Positions 37,994 through 52,176 of a stretch of DNA of 64,000 bases are shown here, one piece after another; the stretch's first letter is position 1; each line of letters starts with the position of its first letter. A program made the translations under genes and the position numbers. Source of the stretch: Mobula hypostoma (taxonomy: Eukaryota); the NCBI RefSeq assembly GCF_963921235.1, contig NC_086097.1, positions 197,844,001 through 197,908,000 of the forward strand, written 5' to 3'. A model generated the notes under the pieces. The model was not told where the DNA came from and did not search any database. It worked only from the letters and a program-made list of their open reading frames with translations.

Positions 37994-39709
37994 TGAGTTG
38001 TGCTAACAGAACACAAACATGCCAACAAAACAAAAAAACAGCTAAAATCAGAAATTAATCATAATAGTGACCTCCTACCATTAACTCAAACCTTGATTAT
38101 CGGTACGAGGCTCACTGCTCTCAAAGGTGAAAAACTTGGATGATTCTGATAGTAGGAGGCTAGTAAACAGTAGGAGGATAGTAAAGATTGAATTAAAAAA
38201 TGTTGTGTGATCTTGATCTGAGTTGATTCTCAGTGGACTTGCAAATTTGAGGGCTCATTATGTAGTTCTGTGCACAGAAGTAGTTGTCACCATTTCTAGA
38301 TGTAACATATTCATCGTCTACGGGAAGAAGCAGTGATTCAGCTCCAGAATCTTCCCTTGATTGTAAAGCCAAAGTATAATCAGTTACTGCCATATGCCAA
38401 TCTATCCAGGTGCACAGGAAGGAAGTTTGGAAAGCTTTAAAAAGAAGCTACAGGTATCGCATAACCAAGTACCAAAGGTTGTCTTTTGTTTCTTTCACTT
38501 TATCTAATCTGTTAGCTCAGCTTTGCAGACGCTGATAATGGTTTATGAGACTATGGATGAATTTGTAGCTGGAATGAAGAACTACTCTTCCACTGTCAGA
38601 TTTTTATACCAGACAAAAACTCACCCAACACTGCAATTTCTGTTAGTTTTCAGTAGGTGGCAAACGTTAGTAGTGTTCAGTCTCACAGAATATTGTGATA
38701 AAGAAGTTGATTGAGTGGAATGAGTATCCACATCGGGGTTACGGTAGTCAATGTATTTGCGATATTAAATTTGAAAAGAAATGTAACTAGATCCTTTTGT
38801 TTGTAAAATTTAGCTCAATTAGATGAGTTTGTATTCCATGGACACAAAATAGGACCTTTCCTCCTTGTAACTTCAGGTCATGGTTTATAATAGTAATTAC
38901 AAAAATTGAGAAATTAACATATAACATACCACTGAAATTAACAAAGTCGTTTTTAACCTAAAATCTGAAATCTTTCAGCATGTTAAACAGTTTCTAGGTG
39001 AAAGTCATCCTTAGTGAATCCTACCTTCCCCTCTTCAGAGATGTCACCTGACATCAAAGCACCCAAAAGTAAGTGCCTGACCTGTTCAGCCAGTCTGCCA
39101 GCATCAGTGGAGAGAGAAACAGAGTTAATATTTCAATTTAATGACTTTTCATCAAAGGAAAATCGAAAAAGGTGGGTGATTTAATTTGTCTGGAGGGGAA
39201 GAGGTGAAGAGAAAAATAATGTTTGTGATAAGTTAGAGTCAAGGTTTCCAAGGTAAAATTATATTTGGTGCCAGCAGTTAGAGAGAAGAAAGACAAAAAT
39301 ATGTTGGGACCATGAGATGCAGAACAATACAGTTGATGGAAATCTGAAATTTAAAAAAAAATGAACGTTGTTAAGTCTAGTAAACAAGGTAGTATCAAAG
39401 TCAAAGTGGGATTAATGGGAATGAGATAGATGCGTATGCGATAGGCAGCGTTTTGTTGTTCTCTGAACCTACCACAGACATTTCCTATACCCCTCCTCCC
39501 CCGCCACCAAACTTTAAACATGCTTGTTTCTGACGTTTCCATTTCAAGGAAAAGATGCTCCCAAATATCAGTGACTTCTCTCTTCATTGCTGCTGTCTGA
39601 CTTGTAAACTGTTTCTGGTATTTTCTATTTTTGTTCCAGATTTCCAGCATCTGATATTTATTTGTTCTGATTATGTTTCCCAACATGCTGCAAATTCCAT
39701 TTCTTTCTG

Positions 39710-42275
39710 GCTTTATTCAGGGGGACTAAATATCCTAATAGGAATGTTTGCCAGTGCTGCACAGAGGTGGGGTTTAAACTAGAGTTGCAGGGGGATTGGA
39801 ACCAGAGTGTCAGAATGGACTGTGGGGAAGTTGTGGAGACAGATGTTGTTAGGACCCCAGACAAAGTTTCAGCATGGTGCAACTAACGTTCTGAGCTGTG
39901 TATATTTCAATGCAACTTTCCATATATTGACTGGGCCTCCCATACTGTAAAGGACTAGTTTGGATAAAGTTTGTCAAATGTATTCAGGAAAGCTTCCTTA
40001 TTCAATACATAGAAGTCCTAACAAAAAAGTGTGTGAAACTTGATCTTTTATTAGGGAATGAAACTGGGCAGGTGACAGGTTTTTGCAGGGGAACACTTTG
40101 CATCTCATGAGCATAATGCCATTAGTTTCAAGGTACTTATAGAGAAGGATACATCTGGTCCTTGGGTTGAGATTCTGAATTGGAGAAAGGCCAATTTTGA
40201 TGGTATCAGAAAGGACCTAGCAATTATGGATTGAGACAGGCTATTTTCTGGCAAAGGTGTACTTGGTAAGTTGGAGGCCTTCAAAAGTGAAATTTTGAGA
40301 GCATAAGGCATGTATGTACCCGTCAGAGTAAAAAGTAAAGTTAACAGGTTTAGGGATCCTTGCTTTTTAAGAGATATAGGTAAAAGGAGGTGCATAGCAA
40401 GTATAGGCAAGTAGGAACAAATGAGATACTTATGGAGTATAAGAAATGCAAGAGAACACTTTTGAAAGAAATCAGCAGGGGGAAGGGGGCAAGAGGTTGC
40501 CCAAGCAGACAAGGTGAAGGAGAATCTGAAGGGATTTTATAGATAAGCTAAGAACAAAAGGATTGCAAGGGACAAAATTGGTCCTCTGGGAGATAAGAAT
40601 GGTAATCCATGCATGGAGCCAAAAGAGATGGGGGAGATATTAAATGGATTTTTTGCATCTGTATTTACTCGGGAGGTGGAAACAGAATCTACAGAAGTGA
40701 GTCAAAGCAGCAGTGAGGTCGTGGGCCCTATACAGATTACAGTGGAGGAGATGTTTGCTGTGTTGAGACAAATTAGGATGGATAAACCCTCAGGGTCTGA
40801 TGAGCTGTTCCTTCAGACCCTGTGGGAGGCAAGTGCAGAAATTTCCGGGGCTCTAGCAGAGACATTTAAGTCATCCATAGCAAAAGATGAGGTACCAGAG
40901 GATTAGAGGATGCCCAATGTTGTTCCATTGTTTAAGAAAAGCTCTAAAAATAAAACAGGGAATTATAAGCTGGTTAGCCTGTCATTAGTAGTGGGAAAGA
41001 GATGAGTATTTAGATAGACAGTGACAGATTGGGGATGGTCAGCACGATCTTGAGCGTGGTAAGTTGTCTCTGACCAATCTTATAGAGTTTTCTGAAGAAG
41101 TTACTAGGAAAGTTGATGAAGGCAAGGCACTTGATATTGCCTACATAGACTTTAGCGAGGTATTTGACAAGGTCCTGCATGGGAGGTTGGTCAAGAGGGC
41201 TCAGTTTCTTGGCATTCAAGACGAGGAAGTAAATTGGATTTTATGGGAGAAGCATGGAGTGGTAGTAGATGGTTGCCTCTCTGACTGGAGGTCTGTGACT
41301 AGTGGAGTGCTGCAGTTATTGGTGCTGGATCTGTTGTTTATCATCTGTATCAATGATCTTGATGATGATATGGATCAGCAATTTTCTGGATGACACCAAG
41401 ATTGGGGGTGTAGTGGACAGCAATGACAACTATCAGAACTTGCAGGGGAATCTGAACCAGCTGGAAAACTGAGCTGAAAAATGGCAGATAAGTGTGAGTC
41501 ATTGCACTTCAGTACAGTAAGACCAATCAGCTCAGGATAGTCTTACACAATGAACGGTAGGGCACCGAGGAGTGCAGTAGAAAAAGGGGATCTGAGGATC
41601 CAGTTGCATCATTCACTGAAAATGGTGGCACAGGTAGATAGAGTTGGAAAGAAAGCTTTTGGCACATTGGCCTTCGTAAACGTTGGCTCTGTGTAAAGCA
41701 TCTGTTAAGTATTGAGTACAGGAGATGGGAGGTTATGTTGAAGTTGTATAAGACGTTAGTGAGCCTTAATTTGAAGTATTGTGTGCAGCTTTGGTCACTT
41801 ACCTACAGGAAAGATGTAAATAATGTTGAAAGAGTACAAAGAAAATTTACAAGGATGTTGGCAGGACTGGAGGACCTGAGTTATAAGGAACATTTTAAAT
41901 GGTTAGGACTTTATTCTTTGGAACATAGAAGACAGAGGTATACAAAACTGTGTGAGTTATAGATAGACTAAAGCAAGCAGGTTTTATTTCAATGAGTTTG
42001 GTTGGTCCTACAACTTGAGGACATAGGTTAAGGGTGAAAGGTGAAAAGTTTAAGGGAAACATGAGGGGAAACTTCTTCACTCAGAGGGTCGTGAAGTTCT
42101 GGAATGAGCTGCCAGCGCAAGTGTTGCATGCGAACTGGATTTCAACATGTAAGAGAAGTTTACATAGATACATAGATGGCAGGGTATGGCGGGCTATGGT
42201 CCAGGTGTAGGTCGATGAGTTCGGCACGGGTTGAAGCTCCTGTTTCTGTGCTGTACTTTTCTATGACTCTATATG
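39710..42275 (+). mobile_element. Decayed CR1 (end of ORF1, EN with deletions, RT, 3' tail)
   Basis: MGEILNGFFASVFT, LTNLIEFSEEVTRKVDEG..DFSEVFDKV, MLKLYKTLV; tail ctgtttctgtgctgtacttttctatgactctat. Confidence 0.88.
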
Positions 42276-42389
42276 CCCACTACAATATTGATTAATTAGA
42301 GAGAATTAATGCAACATAAAGAGATTGGGGATTAGAGAGGGTGAAAATAATTATATTTTTTTCTTCTTGCGTCTTCGTGTAATATTGCA

Positions 42390-42885
42390 TCATGAATTTT
42401 AATACTTTATACTTTATTGTCGCCAAACAATTGATACTAGAACGTACAATCATCACAGCGATATTTGATTCTGCGCTTCCCACTCCCTGGATTACAAATA
42501 TTGAATATTAAAATATTAAAAATAGTAAAAATTAGTAAATATTAAAAATTAAATTATAAATCATAAATAGAAAATAGAAAAATGGAAAGTAAGGTCGTGC
42601 AAAAAAACCGAGAGGCAGGTCCGGATATTTGGAGGGTACGGCCCAGATCTGGGTCAGGATCCATTCAGCAGTCTTATCACAGTTGGAAAGAAGCTGTTCC
42701 CAAATCTGGCCATACAAGTCTTCAAGCTCCTGAGCCTTCTCTCGGAGGGAAGAGGGACGAAAAGTGTGTTCGCTGGGTGGGTCGTGTCCTTGATTATCCT
42801 GGCAGCACTGCTCCGACAGCGTGCGGTGTAAAGTGAGTCCACGGATAGAAGATTGGTCTGTGTGATGTGCTGCGCCAGTTTTTGG
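42390..42885 (-). mobile_element. Rex1/Babar 3' fragment
   Basis: AQHITQTNL..LYTARCRSSAARIIKDTTHPANTLFVPLPSERRLRSLKT..RFGNSFFP. Confidence 0.85.
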
Positions 42886-43274
42886 AACATAATAGGTCAG
42901 CTTGTAAAAGTAGGAAGAAGCCTTGCCATGAAGAATTGGCTGTAACATTCTTGGAGGCTGTTTTAGTTGTGTGGATACTGAAGTTGAGGACCCTGATGAT
43001 GTCACTATAGAGCTGCTAGATATGTTTTAAAGAGACACGAAATAACAGTCCTGTAAAAAAGAAAAGAAACATTTTCATTGCCACACTATGATCATGAAGG
43101 GGAAGAAGATTTGGTGATCTACAATAGCTGTAATAACATACATGTAATAGGTAAAAATAGTTTTCATAGTTGGAATTTCTCAATTCTTTGTTAACAGGAA
43201 AAACACGGGGTTTTTAATTGATCTGAATTATTAGTAATGACTTGCTAAACAACACATGCTTTAATTTAACGTTA

Positions 43275-44580
43275 TAAGGTAGAAAGAGGGATCTGGGAAT
43301 ACAGATCGATAATTCCTTGAAAGTGGCGATGTAGGTAGGTAAGGTCATAAAGAAAGCTTTTGGTACATTGGCCTTCATAAATCGAAGTACTGAGTGTAGG
43401 TGTTGGGAGGTTATGTTGAAGTTATATACGATGTTGTTGAGGCATAATTTAGAGTACTGTGTGCAGTGTTGTTCACCTACTGACAGGAAAATTGTCAGTA
43501 AGATTGAAAGAGTGCAAAGGAAATTTACCAGGATGTTGGCAGGACACGAGGACTTGATTTTTGGGAATGGTTGAATAGGTTTAGACTTTAATGAGAGGAG
43601 ATTTGATAGCGGTATATGAAACTATGAAGGGTATAGATAAGGTAAATGCAAGCAGGCTTTTTCCACGGAGGTTGGGTGAGACTGAAGCTAGAGGTAAACA
43701 ACAGGAATTCTGCAGATGCTGGAAATTCAAGCAACACACATCAAAGTTGCTGGTGAACGCAGCAGGCCAAGCAGCATCTATAGGAAGAGGTGCAGTCGAC
43801 GTTTCAGGCCGAGACCCTTCGTCAGGACTAACTGAAGGAAGAGTGAGTAAGGGATTTGAAAGCTGGAGGGGGAGGGGGAGATGCAAAATGATAGGAGAAG
43901 ACAGGAGGGGGAGGGATAGAGCCGAGAGCTGGACAGGTGATAGGCAAAAGGGGATACGAGAGGATCATGGGACAGGAGGTCCGGGAAGAAAGACGGGGGG
44001 GGGGTGACCCAGAGGATGGGCAAGAGGTATATTCAGAGGGACAGAGGGAGAAAAAGGAGAGTGAAAGAAAGAATGTGTGCATAAAAATGAGTAACAGCTG
44101 GGGTACGAGGGGGAGGTGGGGCCTAGCGGAAGTTAGAGAAGTCAATGTTCATGCCATCAGGTTGGAGGCTACCCAGACGGAATATAAGGTGTTGTTCCTC
44201 CAACCTGAGTGTGGCTTCATCTTTACAGTAGAGGAGGCCGTGGATAGACATGTCAGAATGGGAATGGGATGTGGAATTAAAATGTGTGGCCACTGGGAGA
44301 TCCTGCTTTCTCTGGCGGACAGAGCGTAGATGTTCATGGGTTAAGAAAGAAAGGTGAAACATTTAAGGAGAGCATGAGGGGCAGCTCCTGCACTCTCACA
44401 GTGGTGAGAGTGTGGCATGAGCTGCTAGCAGAAGTGGTGGATGTAGGTTCTATTTCAACATTCAAATGGCAGGACTATGGTCAGGTGCAGGTTGTTGGGA
44501 CTGAGCAGGATAATGGTTTGGCATGGTCTATATGGGCCATAGGGCCTGTTTCTATGCTGTATTGTTTGTGACTATGACTG
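43275..44580 (+). mobile_element. CR1 3' fragment split by a PLE
   Basis: AFINRSTE..VMLKLY..LEYCVQ; MRGDLIAVY; resumes after 44336 as catgggttaag..aggtgaa. Confidence 0.8.
43697..44336 (-). mobile_element. Young PLE 3' fragment with complete 3' terminus; hammerhead at 43794-43829
   Basis: Starts acaacaggaattctgcag; encodes HLRSVRQRKQDLPVATHFN..LEEQHLIFRLG; 5' junction has microhomology (tagatgttca vs target tagaggt..ca). Confidence 0.92.
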
Positions 44581-45914
44581 TCAAAGTGACCCAGCAATTT
44601 TTTACGTTATTGCTAAAGAATATTTCCAAGTGTTCTTCTGTATTATTTCCATCACATAGAAAGACAACTATGAACCCTTGTGTAAACATTGCACTAAGTA
44701 CTTACTTTACAAAAAGAAAATATAACTGCCCAATATCACCCTCAGTTCAAAAATTGCTAATCATATTAATCATATTAGTTTTGTGATCATTACCAACTCA
44801 AATTGGCTTACATGAACAACAGAAAATTGAACCAATTTTGAACAATTTCCGGTATAGGACAATTAAAATTATGTGGCCTAAAAAAACTGAAATTCAAAAT
44901 ATAGTCAAATACATGGGACTTCAGTTCATACGTCTCAAACACTCCTCTTTGACTGATCTCTATCTTATTCTATCCTTTCAACTTAACCTGCTCTTCGGTT
45001 TGCATTTGTGAAAGAGAGTTCCTGACATGAGTAAATTCTTCACTTTTCTCAGGCCTCCCTTAAGGTTTTGCCTGACCAAATCATACCTCCTCTCAAGATG
45101 TCGAAAATTCTTTTTGCTCAGTGTGTTACAAGATTCCCAGCCCCCCTTATCAGCCCGAATAGCTCTCCATCTGCCATGTACAGCTAATCAGTAATCCTTG
45201 AAAGTTTATTACCGAGTTCTATTTCAAGCTTATCCATTCATCCTATAATTGCTGTATTATTTTCCAAAGATAAGACATGTTTGGCATTTTTGTAGAGGTC
45301 TGGCTCTGTGAAAACAATTATACTATTGCAAATCTTTCAGGTTTTTTGTCATCTATTGCCATGAAACATGTCCCCAAACTGATTATATACTTCAAATACT
45401 GCATATACTTCAAATTTCAGTTCAATCCTCATAATGCTTTGTGTATTCTTATTAACAAAAAGTGTCTCTCTTTCCCAAGCATTCCCTTTCATATTTGCTA
45501 TCTCTATTACAAATATTAATTTAGTTTCCACTTCACTAGGATAGATGTAACTATCCTATTCTTTTAACTTCCCACTTCCAAATCTAGGCAGACAAAGGAA
45601 CTTGCATAATTTCATACAAACTGCAAATGTTAACATAATTTCTAAATATGTTAGCCCTAAGAGATATATAAATGTTGAAGATCTGGTGCTAATTATATAA
45701 CAGGCGAAGGCACTTCTACAACTCAGATGTGCTTTATAAGCAATCCACAGAATGTGTGAAGATTTTGACAGAATGCTAAAAATTTCTGTTGCATGCTCAG
45801 AAAAATTATTCTGGAAATAAATATTCACAGTAGAAAATAACATTAGCACTCACTTGAATTGGTGAAATATAACAACCAGTATCACATGTTAAGATAATAG
45901 ACTGCGATGTCCTC

Positions 45915-47540
45915 AACACCAATCAATTCCTGTCCCTGACCAACTCAATTTCACAATTGATGCCCAGTCCCTGTGCACACTTCTATTCCACCATCAAGAA
46001 GGCCTTAAAGCTGGCGGATTCTTTCTCAACAAAAGACTCAACCACGCTCCTCTGTCTGGCAGAACTGGTCCTCACTCTCAACAGATTCTCCTTTGGCTCA
46101 TCGTACTTTCTCCAGACTCAATGGGTAGCATGGGCACCTGCATGGACTCCAGCTATGACTTTCTTTTTGCTGACTACGTAGAACAGTCCACGTACCAAGC
46201 CTTACATGATAATGCTCCCCAACTCTTCCTGCGCTACACTGATGACAGCATTAGTGCTGTTTCATGCACCCATGATGAGTTCAACAATTTCATCATCTTT
46301 GCCTCCAACTTCCACCCTGCCCTTAAATTCACTTGATCCATTTTTAACACATCCCTTTCTTGATTTCTCTATCTCCATCTCTGGAGACAAACTGTCCACT
46401 TTTCAATAAACCTACCAATTCCCATGACTATCTTGACTACACCTCTTCCCACCCTGTCTCTTGTAAAAATGCTATTCCCTTTTCTCAGTTTCTTCATCTC
46501 CACCATATCCCAGGATGAGGCTTTCCTTTCAAGGACATCAGAAATGTCCTTTTCTTCAGAGAATGGGTTTCCCTTCCTCCACCATTGATGCTGCTCTCCC
46601 CCACATCTCCTCTATTTCCCAGAACCCATCTTCCCACCGCCTTAGTAGGTATAGAGTTCCTCTTACCTTTACCTACTATCAAGTGAACCTCCACGTCCAA
46701 CATATCATTCTCCACAATGCCTGCCATCTTCGACAGAATCCTAAGACCAAACACATCTTTACCTCCTCCTCATCCTCTGCTTTCTGCAATGATCATGCCC
46801 TCAGTGATTCCATTGTCCACTTGTCCATCCACACTAATCGCCCTTCAGGCACATACCCATGCAAGCAACCAAAATGCTACACCTGCCCATTTACCTTCTC
46901 CTTTACCTCCATTCTTAGCCCCAAACAGTCCTTCCAGTAGAGACAGCACTTCACCTGTGAATCTGTTGGGGTCATCTGTATCCGGTACTCCCAATCCCAA
47001 TTGGAGGATTTTTTTAAAGCACCTCTGCTCCATCCACCAGCAATGGAATTTCCTGACAGCCAACCATTTTAAGTTCAATCCCCATGCCCATACCAATATG
47101 TCAGTCCATTGCCTCCACTATTGTCATGATGAAGCCACTCTCAGGAAGGAGGAGCAACACCTCATATTCTGTTTGAGTTGCCTCCAATCTGATGGCATGA
47201 ACATCTATTTCTCCTTCCAGTAAAAAATTCCCTCCACCTTCCCTTTTCTTACCTCTTCTCCTCACCTGCCTATTATATCTCCCGATGTCCTTCCTTCTTC
47301 CCTTTCTCCCATGGTCCACTCTCCTATCAGGTTCCTTCTTCTCCAGTCCTTTACCTTTCCCACCCAACTGTCTTCACCTATCATCTTCTAGCTTGTCTTC
47401 CTTCTCTCCCCACCTTCTTATTCTGGCATCCACTCCCCACCTTCCAGTACTGAAGAAGGGTCTTAGCTGAAAAGTTGACCATTTATTCATTTTGATAGAT
47501 GCTGACTGATCTACTGAGTTCCTTTAGCATTTTGTATGAA
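45915..47540 (+). mobile_element. Older decayed PLE (RT to GIY-YIG to 3' end)
   Basis: LLCLAELVLTLNRFSFG, FLRYTDD, GTYPCKQPKCYTC, EEQHLIF; degenerate hammerhead ctgaagaagggtcttagctgaaaagttgac at ~47450-47480. Confidence 0.85.
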
Positions 47541-48957
47541 GCATAATTGAGGTGCTTTGTATTAAAAAGTCACTTGATTTACTTTGATATATGCGTGAGG
47601 TGATTGATTCAGAGACATAGCTGTCACTTGCTAAGCTTGATTAACTTTTGGAGAATAAATAGAATAGAAAATAAATCCACAGCTGCTCTATTAATCAGCA
47701 GAAAAAATTACCATCCCAAAACCACAAAATAGGAATGTTTTTTGGATCCATCAATCTTTAAGACACCACATATAATAATGACATTAAATAGAAACTTAGT
47801 TATGTTTTTGATCTGCCTATATGTTTTGAGGTAGTTCTTACAGCACTGGATTCTAATGCTGGTTTGGATTCTCAAGCCATGAACAGAGCGTACCCAAATG
47901 GGACATCTTTGCTACTTAAACCAACCCTTCAGCAAAGTTATACCTAAACCAAAGAGACATTCAGGTGTCATAGATCCTTTTGTATATTAAACTTAGAGAA
48001 ACTGAATGCAAATGGTAGGAATTTTAAAATTCTGTAGTCTTATCGAATTCCTGTTCTGAATATACCCATCAGTACATCTATATACAGATACACAGAGTTA
48101 AAAGGTGGCTGCTGCAGTGCATTTTTTATATACCTCATTAAAATAGCTTGCATTATTTCTTAAATTAAAAAAAATATTTTAACCTAAGGAAAACACAATT
48201 GAAGCTTTTTCTCAAGCTGTGGTGCATTCAATACTTTTTATGATTCTGGACGTTGCTCGCAAATTTATGATCAATCCCTGAGTACCATTGAGAAGGTGAT
48301 AGTAAGCTAGCTTCCTTTTTGGAACACTAGAATTTACAGTGAAGGTTCTCCCTCAGTGCAGTTGAGCAGGGTATTCCAAGATTGAGGCCAATGACAATGA
48401 AGGAATAATATATTTACAAGTCAGGATGATGTGTGAATTGGGCAGGAGTCTGCAAGTGGTGATGTTTCCATGTGCCTGAAGTCACTAGTTTGGGAAGTGG
48501 TATCAGGGTAGCCAGGTAAGATGCTGTCATTCACATTACAGCCAATGTGTCCCAGTGTTCATGTAGGGAAATTTAGAGTGAAGTTGTTTGCTTTATTCTG
48601 TATGTTGGTAAGTTTCTTGAGCTACACTCATCCAGGAGGAAACTCATTATAATTCTGAATTGTACCTTGCGCATGTTGTAAAGGCTTTGGGGCTGCAAGA
48701 GGTAAGTCATTCACTGCAAAACACTTGATCTTTAACCTCTCCTGGAGACACAATATTTTACCTGTTCTGGACAATGTGATGACTAGGATGCAGATAACAG
48801 GAAATTTTGTAATAATAATGTCGTTAACTATCAAGTCGGGGTGGATAGACTCTCATATCTAAAATATACCTTGTGGCATGAACGTTACTTTCTATTTATT
48901 AGCTTATGCTTGAAGTATAATCCGTGTTTTGTTGCATTCAGGCTTGGCCTGCTTCAT

Positions 48958-49079
48958 AAACAAAAGAGATTCTGCAGATGTTGAAAATCTTGAGAAACAT
49001 ATACAAAATGCTGGAGGAACTCAGCAAGTAAGGCACCATGCTGCCTTATGAGATCCTCCAAAATTTTATGTGTGATGGG
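48958..49079. mobile_element. Tiny (~120 bp) older PLE-end palindrome
   Basis: ..tctgcagatgttg..acaaaatgctggaggaactcagca..|..tgagatcctccaaaattttatgtgtg; TSD CTGCTTCAT at 48949-48957 and 49080-49088. Confidence 0.65.
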
Positions 49080-49274
49080 CTGCTTCATTTTTTCAAGATA
49101 TAGAATGGAGTTGAATATCATGGGAACATCTGCCAGCATCCTCACTTCTTAAATTAAGATGGTTGAAAGGTCACTATTTTAAAAAAAAGCTTGAAGATGG
49201 TTGGACTAATTACTCTGCACTATGAAACTGCTGCTGTGTTACCTTAGTGTTATCTTTGTTGGTTCGACTCTGAC

Positions 49275-50958
49275 AAATTGAAGTTACCATAACTAGAGAG
49301 AAGGTTCTTGGGAAACTGAAAGGTCTGAAGGTAGATAAGTCACCTGGACCAGATGTTGTACACCCCAGAATTCTGAAAAAGATGGCTGACGAGATTGTGG
49401 AGACATTAGTAATGATCTTTCAAGAATCACTAGATTCTGGAATGGTTCCAGAAGACTGGAAAATTGTAAATGTCACTCTGCTCTTCAAGAAGAGAGAGAG
49501 GCTGAAGAAAGGAAAATATAGAAACATAGAAAATAGGTGCAGGAGTAAGCCATTTGGCCCCTCGCGCCTGCACTGCCATTCAGTATGATCATGGCCATAA
49601 GGCCAGTTAGTCTAACCTCGGTAGTTTGAAAGATGTTGGAGTCGATTACTAAGGATGAGGTCTCAAGGAACTTGGAGGCACATGATAAAATAGAGCACAA
49701 TTAGCATGGTTTCCTCAAGGGAAAATCTTGCCTGACAAATCAGTTGGAATTCTTTGAAGCAATAACAAGCAGGATAGACAAAGGAGAATTGGTTGATGTT
49801 GTGTGCTTGGATTTTCAGAAGGCTTTGACAAGGTATCATGTGAGGTTGTTTAACAAGCTATGAGCCCATGGTATTACAGGAAATATTCTCGCATGGATAA
49901 AGCAGTGGTTGATTAGCAGGAGGAAAAGAGTAGGAATAAAGGCTGCCTGCCAGGTACATGGAGTTTCACAGGGATCTGTGTTGTAACCGATTCTTTTTCC
50001 AGTATGTGTCAATGATTTGGGTGATGGAATTGATGGCTTTGTTGCAAAGTTTGCAGATGATATGAAGATAGGTGGAGGGGCAGGTAGTTTTGAGGAAATA
50101 GAGAGGCTACAGAAAGACTTACACAAATTAGGAGAATGGGGAAAGAAATGGCAGATGGAATACAGTGTCGAGAAGTGTATGGTCACGCACTTTGGTAGAA
50201 GAAATGAATTGACCATTTTCTAAATAGAGACAAAATACAAAAAATGAGGTGCAAAGGGACTTGGGCGTCCTTGTGCAGGATTCCCAAAAGGTTAACTTGC
50301 AGGTTGAGTCGGTGGTGAGGAAGTTAAATGCAATGTTAACATTCATTTCAAGAGGACTAGACTACTAAAGCAAAGATGTAATGTTAAGACTTTATAAAGC
50401 GCTGGTGAGGCCACATTTGGAGTATTATGAGCAGTTTTGGGCTCCTTATCTTAGAAAGGATGTGCTGAAACTGGAGAGGGTTCGAAGGAGGTTCATAAAA
50501 ATGATTCCAGGATTGAATGGTTTGTCATATGAAGAGCCTTTGATGGCTTTGGGCCTGTATTCACTGGAATTTAGAAGAATGAGGGGTGACCTCATCAGAA
50601 GATATTGAATGGTGAAAGACCTTGATAGGGTGGAGGTGGAGAGGGTGCTTCTTATGGTGGGAGAGTCTAAGGCCAGAGGACACTGCCTCAGAATAGAGGG
50701 GCATTCTTTTACAATGGAGATAAGGAGAAATTTCTTTAGCCAAAGAGTAGTGAATCTGTGGAATTGTTTATCATAGGCAGCTGTGGAGGCCAGGTCAGTA
50801 AGGCTGATAGATTCTTGTTTGGTCAGGGCATGAAAATCTATGGGAAGAAGACAGGAGATTGGGGCTAAGAGGAAAGTGGGATCAGCCATGATGAAATGGC
50901 AGAGCAGAGTTGATTGGCCAAAATGCCTAATTCTGCTTGTATATCTTGTGTTCTAAAT
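49275..50958 (+). mobile_element. CR1 5'-truncated RT fragment with a short inverted CR1 tail inserted at ~49519-49597
   Basis: SLDSGMVPEDWK, FVAKFADD, MLRLYKALVRPHLEY; same subfamily as 20821-22741. Confidence 0.88.
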
Positions 50959-52019
50959 GTCAATGTATACTGTCAATTATCGGGCTCTTAAATTTCTCAT
51001 GATGCCCAATCGATCCATTTTATCAAGATTTCATTGGCCACATTCTGACATTGCTGCCTTGATGTCTGTGATGGTCATTCTCACCTTATAACTGGAATTC
51101 AGTTTTTGGTTCATCTTTGGACCAAGGTTGTAAAGAGATCTGGTGAAACTCAAGCAACACACATCAAAGTTGCTGGTGAACGCAGCAGGCCAGGCAGCAT
51201 CTGTAGGAAGAGGTGCAGTCGACGTTTCAGGCCGAGACCCTTCGTCAGGACTAACTGAAGGAAGAGTGAGTAAGGGATTTGAAAGTTGGAGGGGGAGGGG
51301 GAGATCCAAAATGATAGGAGAAGACAGGAGGGGGAGGGATGGAGCCAAGAGCTGGACAGGTGATAGGCAAAAGGGGATACGAGAGGATCATGGGACAGGA
51401 GGTCCGGGAAGAAAGACAGGGGGGGTGACCCAGAGGATGGGCAAGAGGTATATTCAGAGGGACAGAGGGAGAAAAAGGAGAGTGAGAGAAAGAATGTGTG
51501 CATAAAAATAAGTAACAGATGGGGTACGAGGGGGAGGTGGGGCCTAGCGGAAGTTAGAGAAGTCGATGTTCATGCCATCAGGTTGGAGGCTACCCAGACG
51601 GAATATAAGGTGTTGTTCCTCCAACCTGAGTGTGGCTTCATCTTTACAGTAGAGGAGGCCGTGGATAGACATGTCAGAATGGGAATGGGATGTGGAATTA
51701 AAATGTGTGGCCACTGGGAGATCCTGCTTTTTCTGGCGGACAGAGCGTAGATGTTCAGCAAAGCGGTCTCCCAGTCTGCGTCAGGTCTCACCAATATATA
51801 AAAGACCACATCGGGAGCACCAGACGCAGTATATCACCCCAGTCGACTCACAGGTGAAGTGTTGCCTCACCTGGAAGGACTGTTTGGGGCCCTGAATGGT
51901 GGTAAGGGAGGAAGTGTAAGGGCATGTGTAGCACTTGTTCCGCTTACATGGTGCCAATCACCTGTCCAGCTCTTGGCTCTATCCCTCCCCCTCCTGTCTT
52001 CTCCTATCATTTTGGATCT

Positions 52020-52103
52020 CCCCCTCCCCCTCCCCCTCCCCCTCCCCCTCCCCCTCCCCCTCCCCCTCCCCCTCCCCCTCCCCCTCCCCCTCCCCCTCCC
52101 CCT
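52020..52103 (+). repeat. (CCCCCT)14 microsatellite inside the PLE 3' region
   Basis: Perfect hexamer run; other copies have 1-3 units. Confidence 0.95.
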
Positions 52104-52140
52104 CCAACTTTCAAATCCCTTACTCACTCTTCCTTCAGTT

Positions 52141-52176
52141 AGTCCTGACGAAGGGTCTCGGCCTGAAACGTCGACT
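52141..52176 (+). ncRNA. Minimal type I hammerhead ribozyme motif
   Basis: AGTC CTGACGA AGG GTCTCGG CCT GAAA CG TC GACT. Confidence 0.85.
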
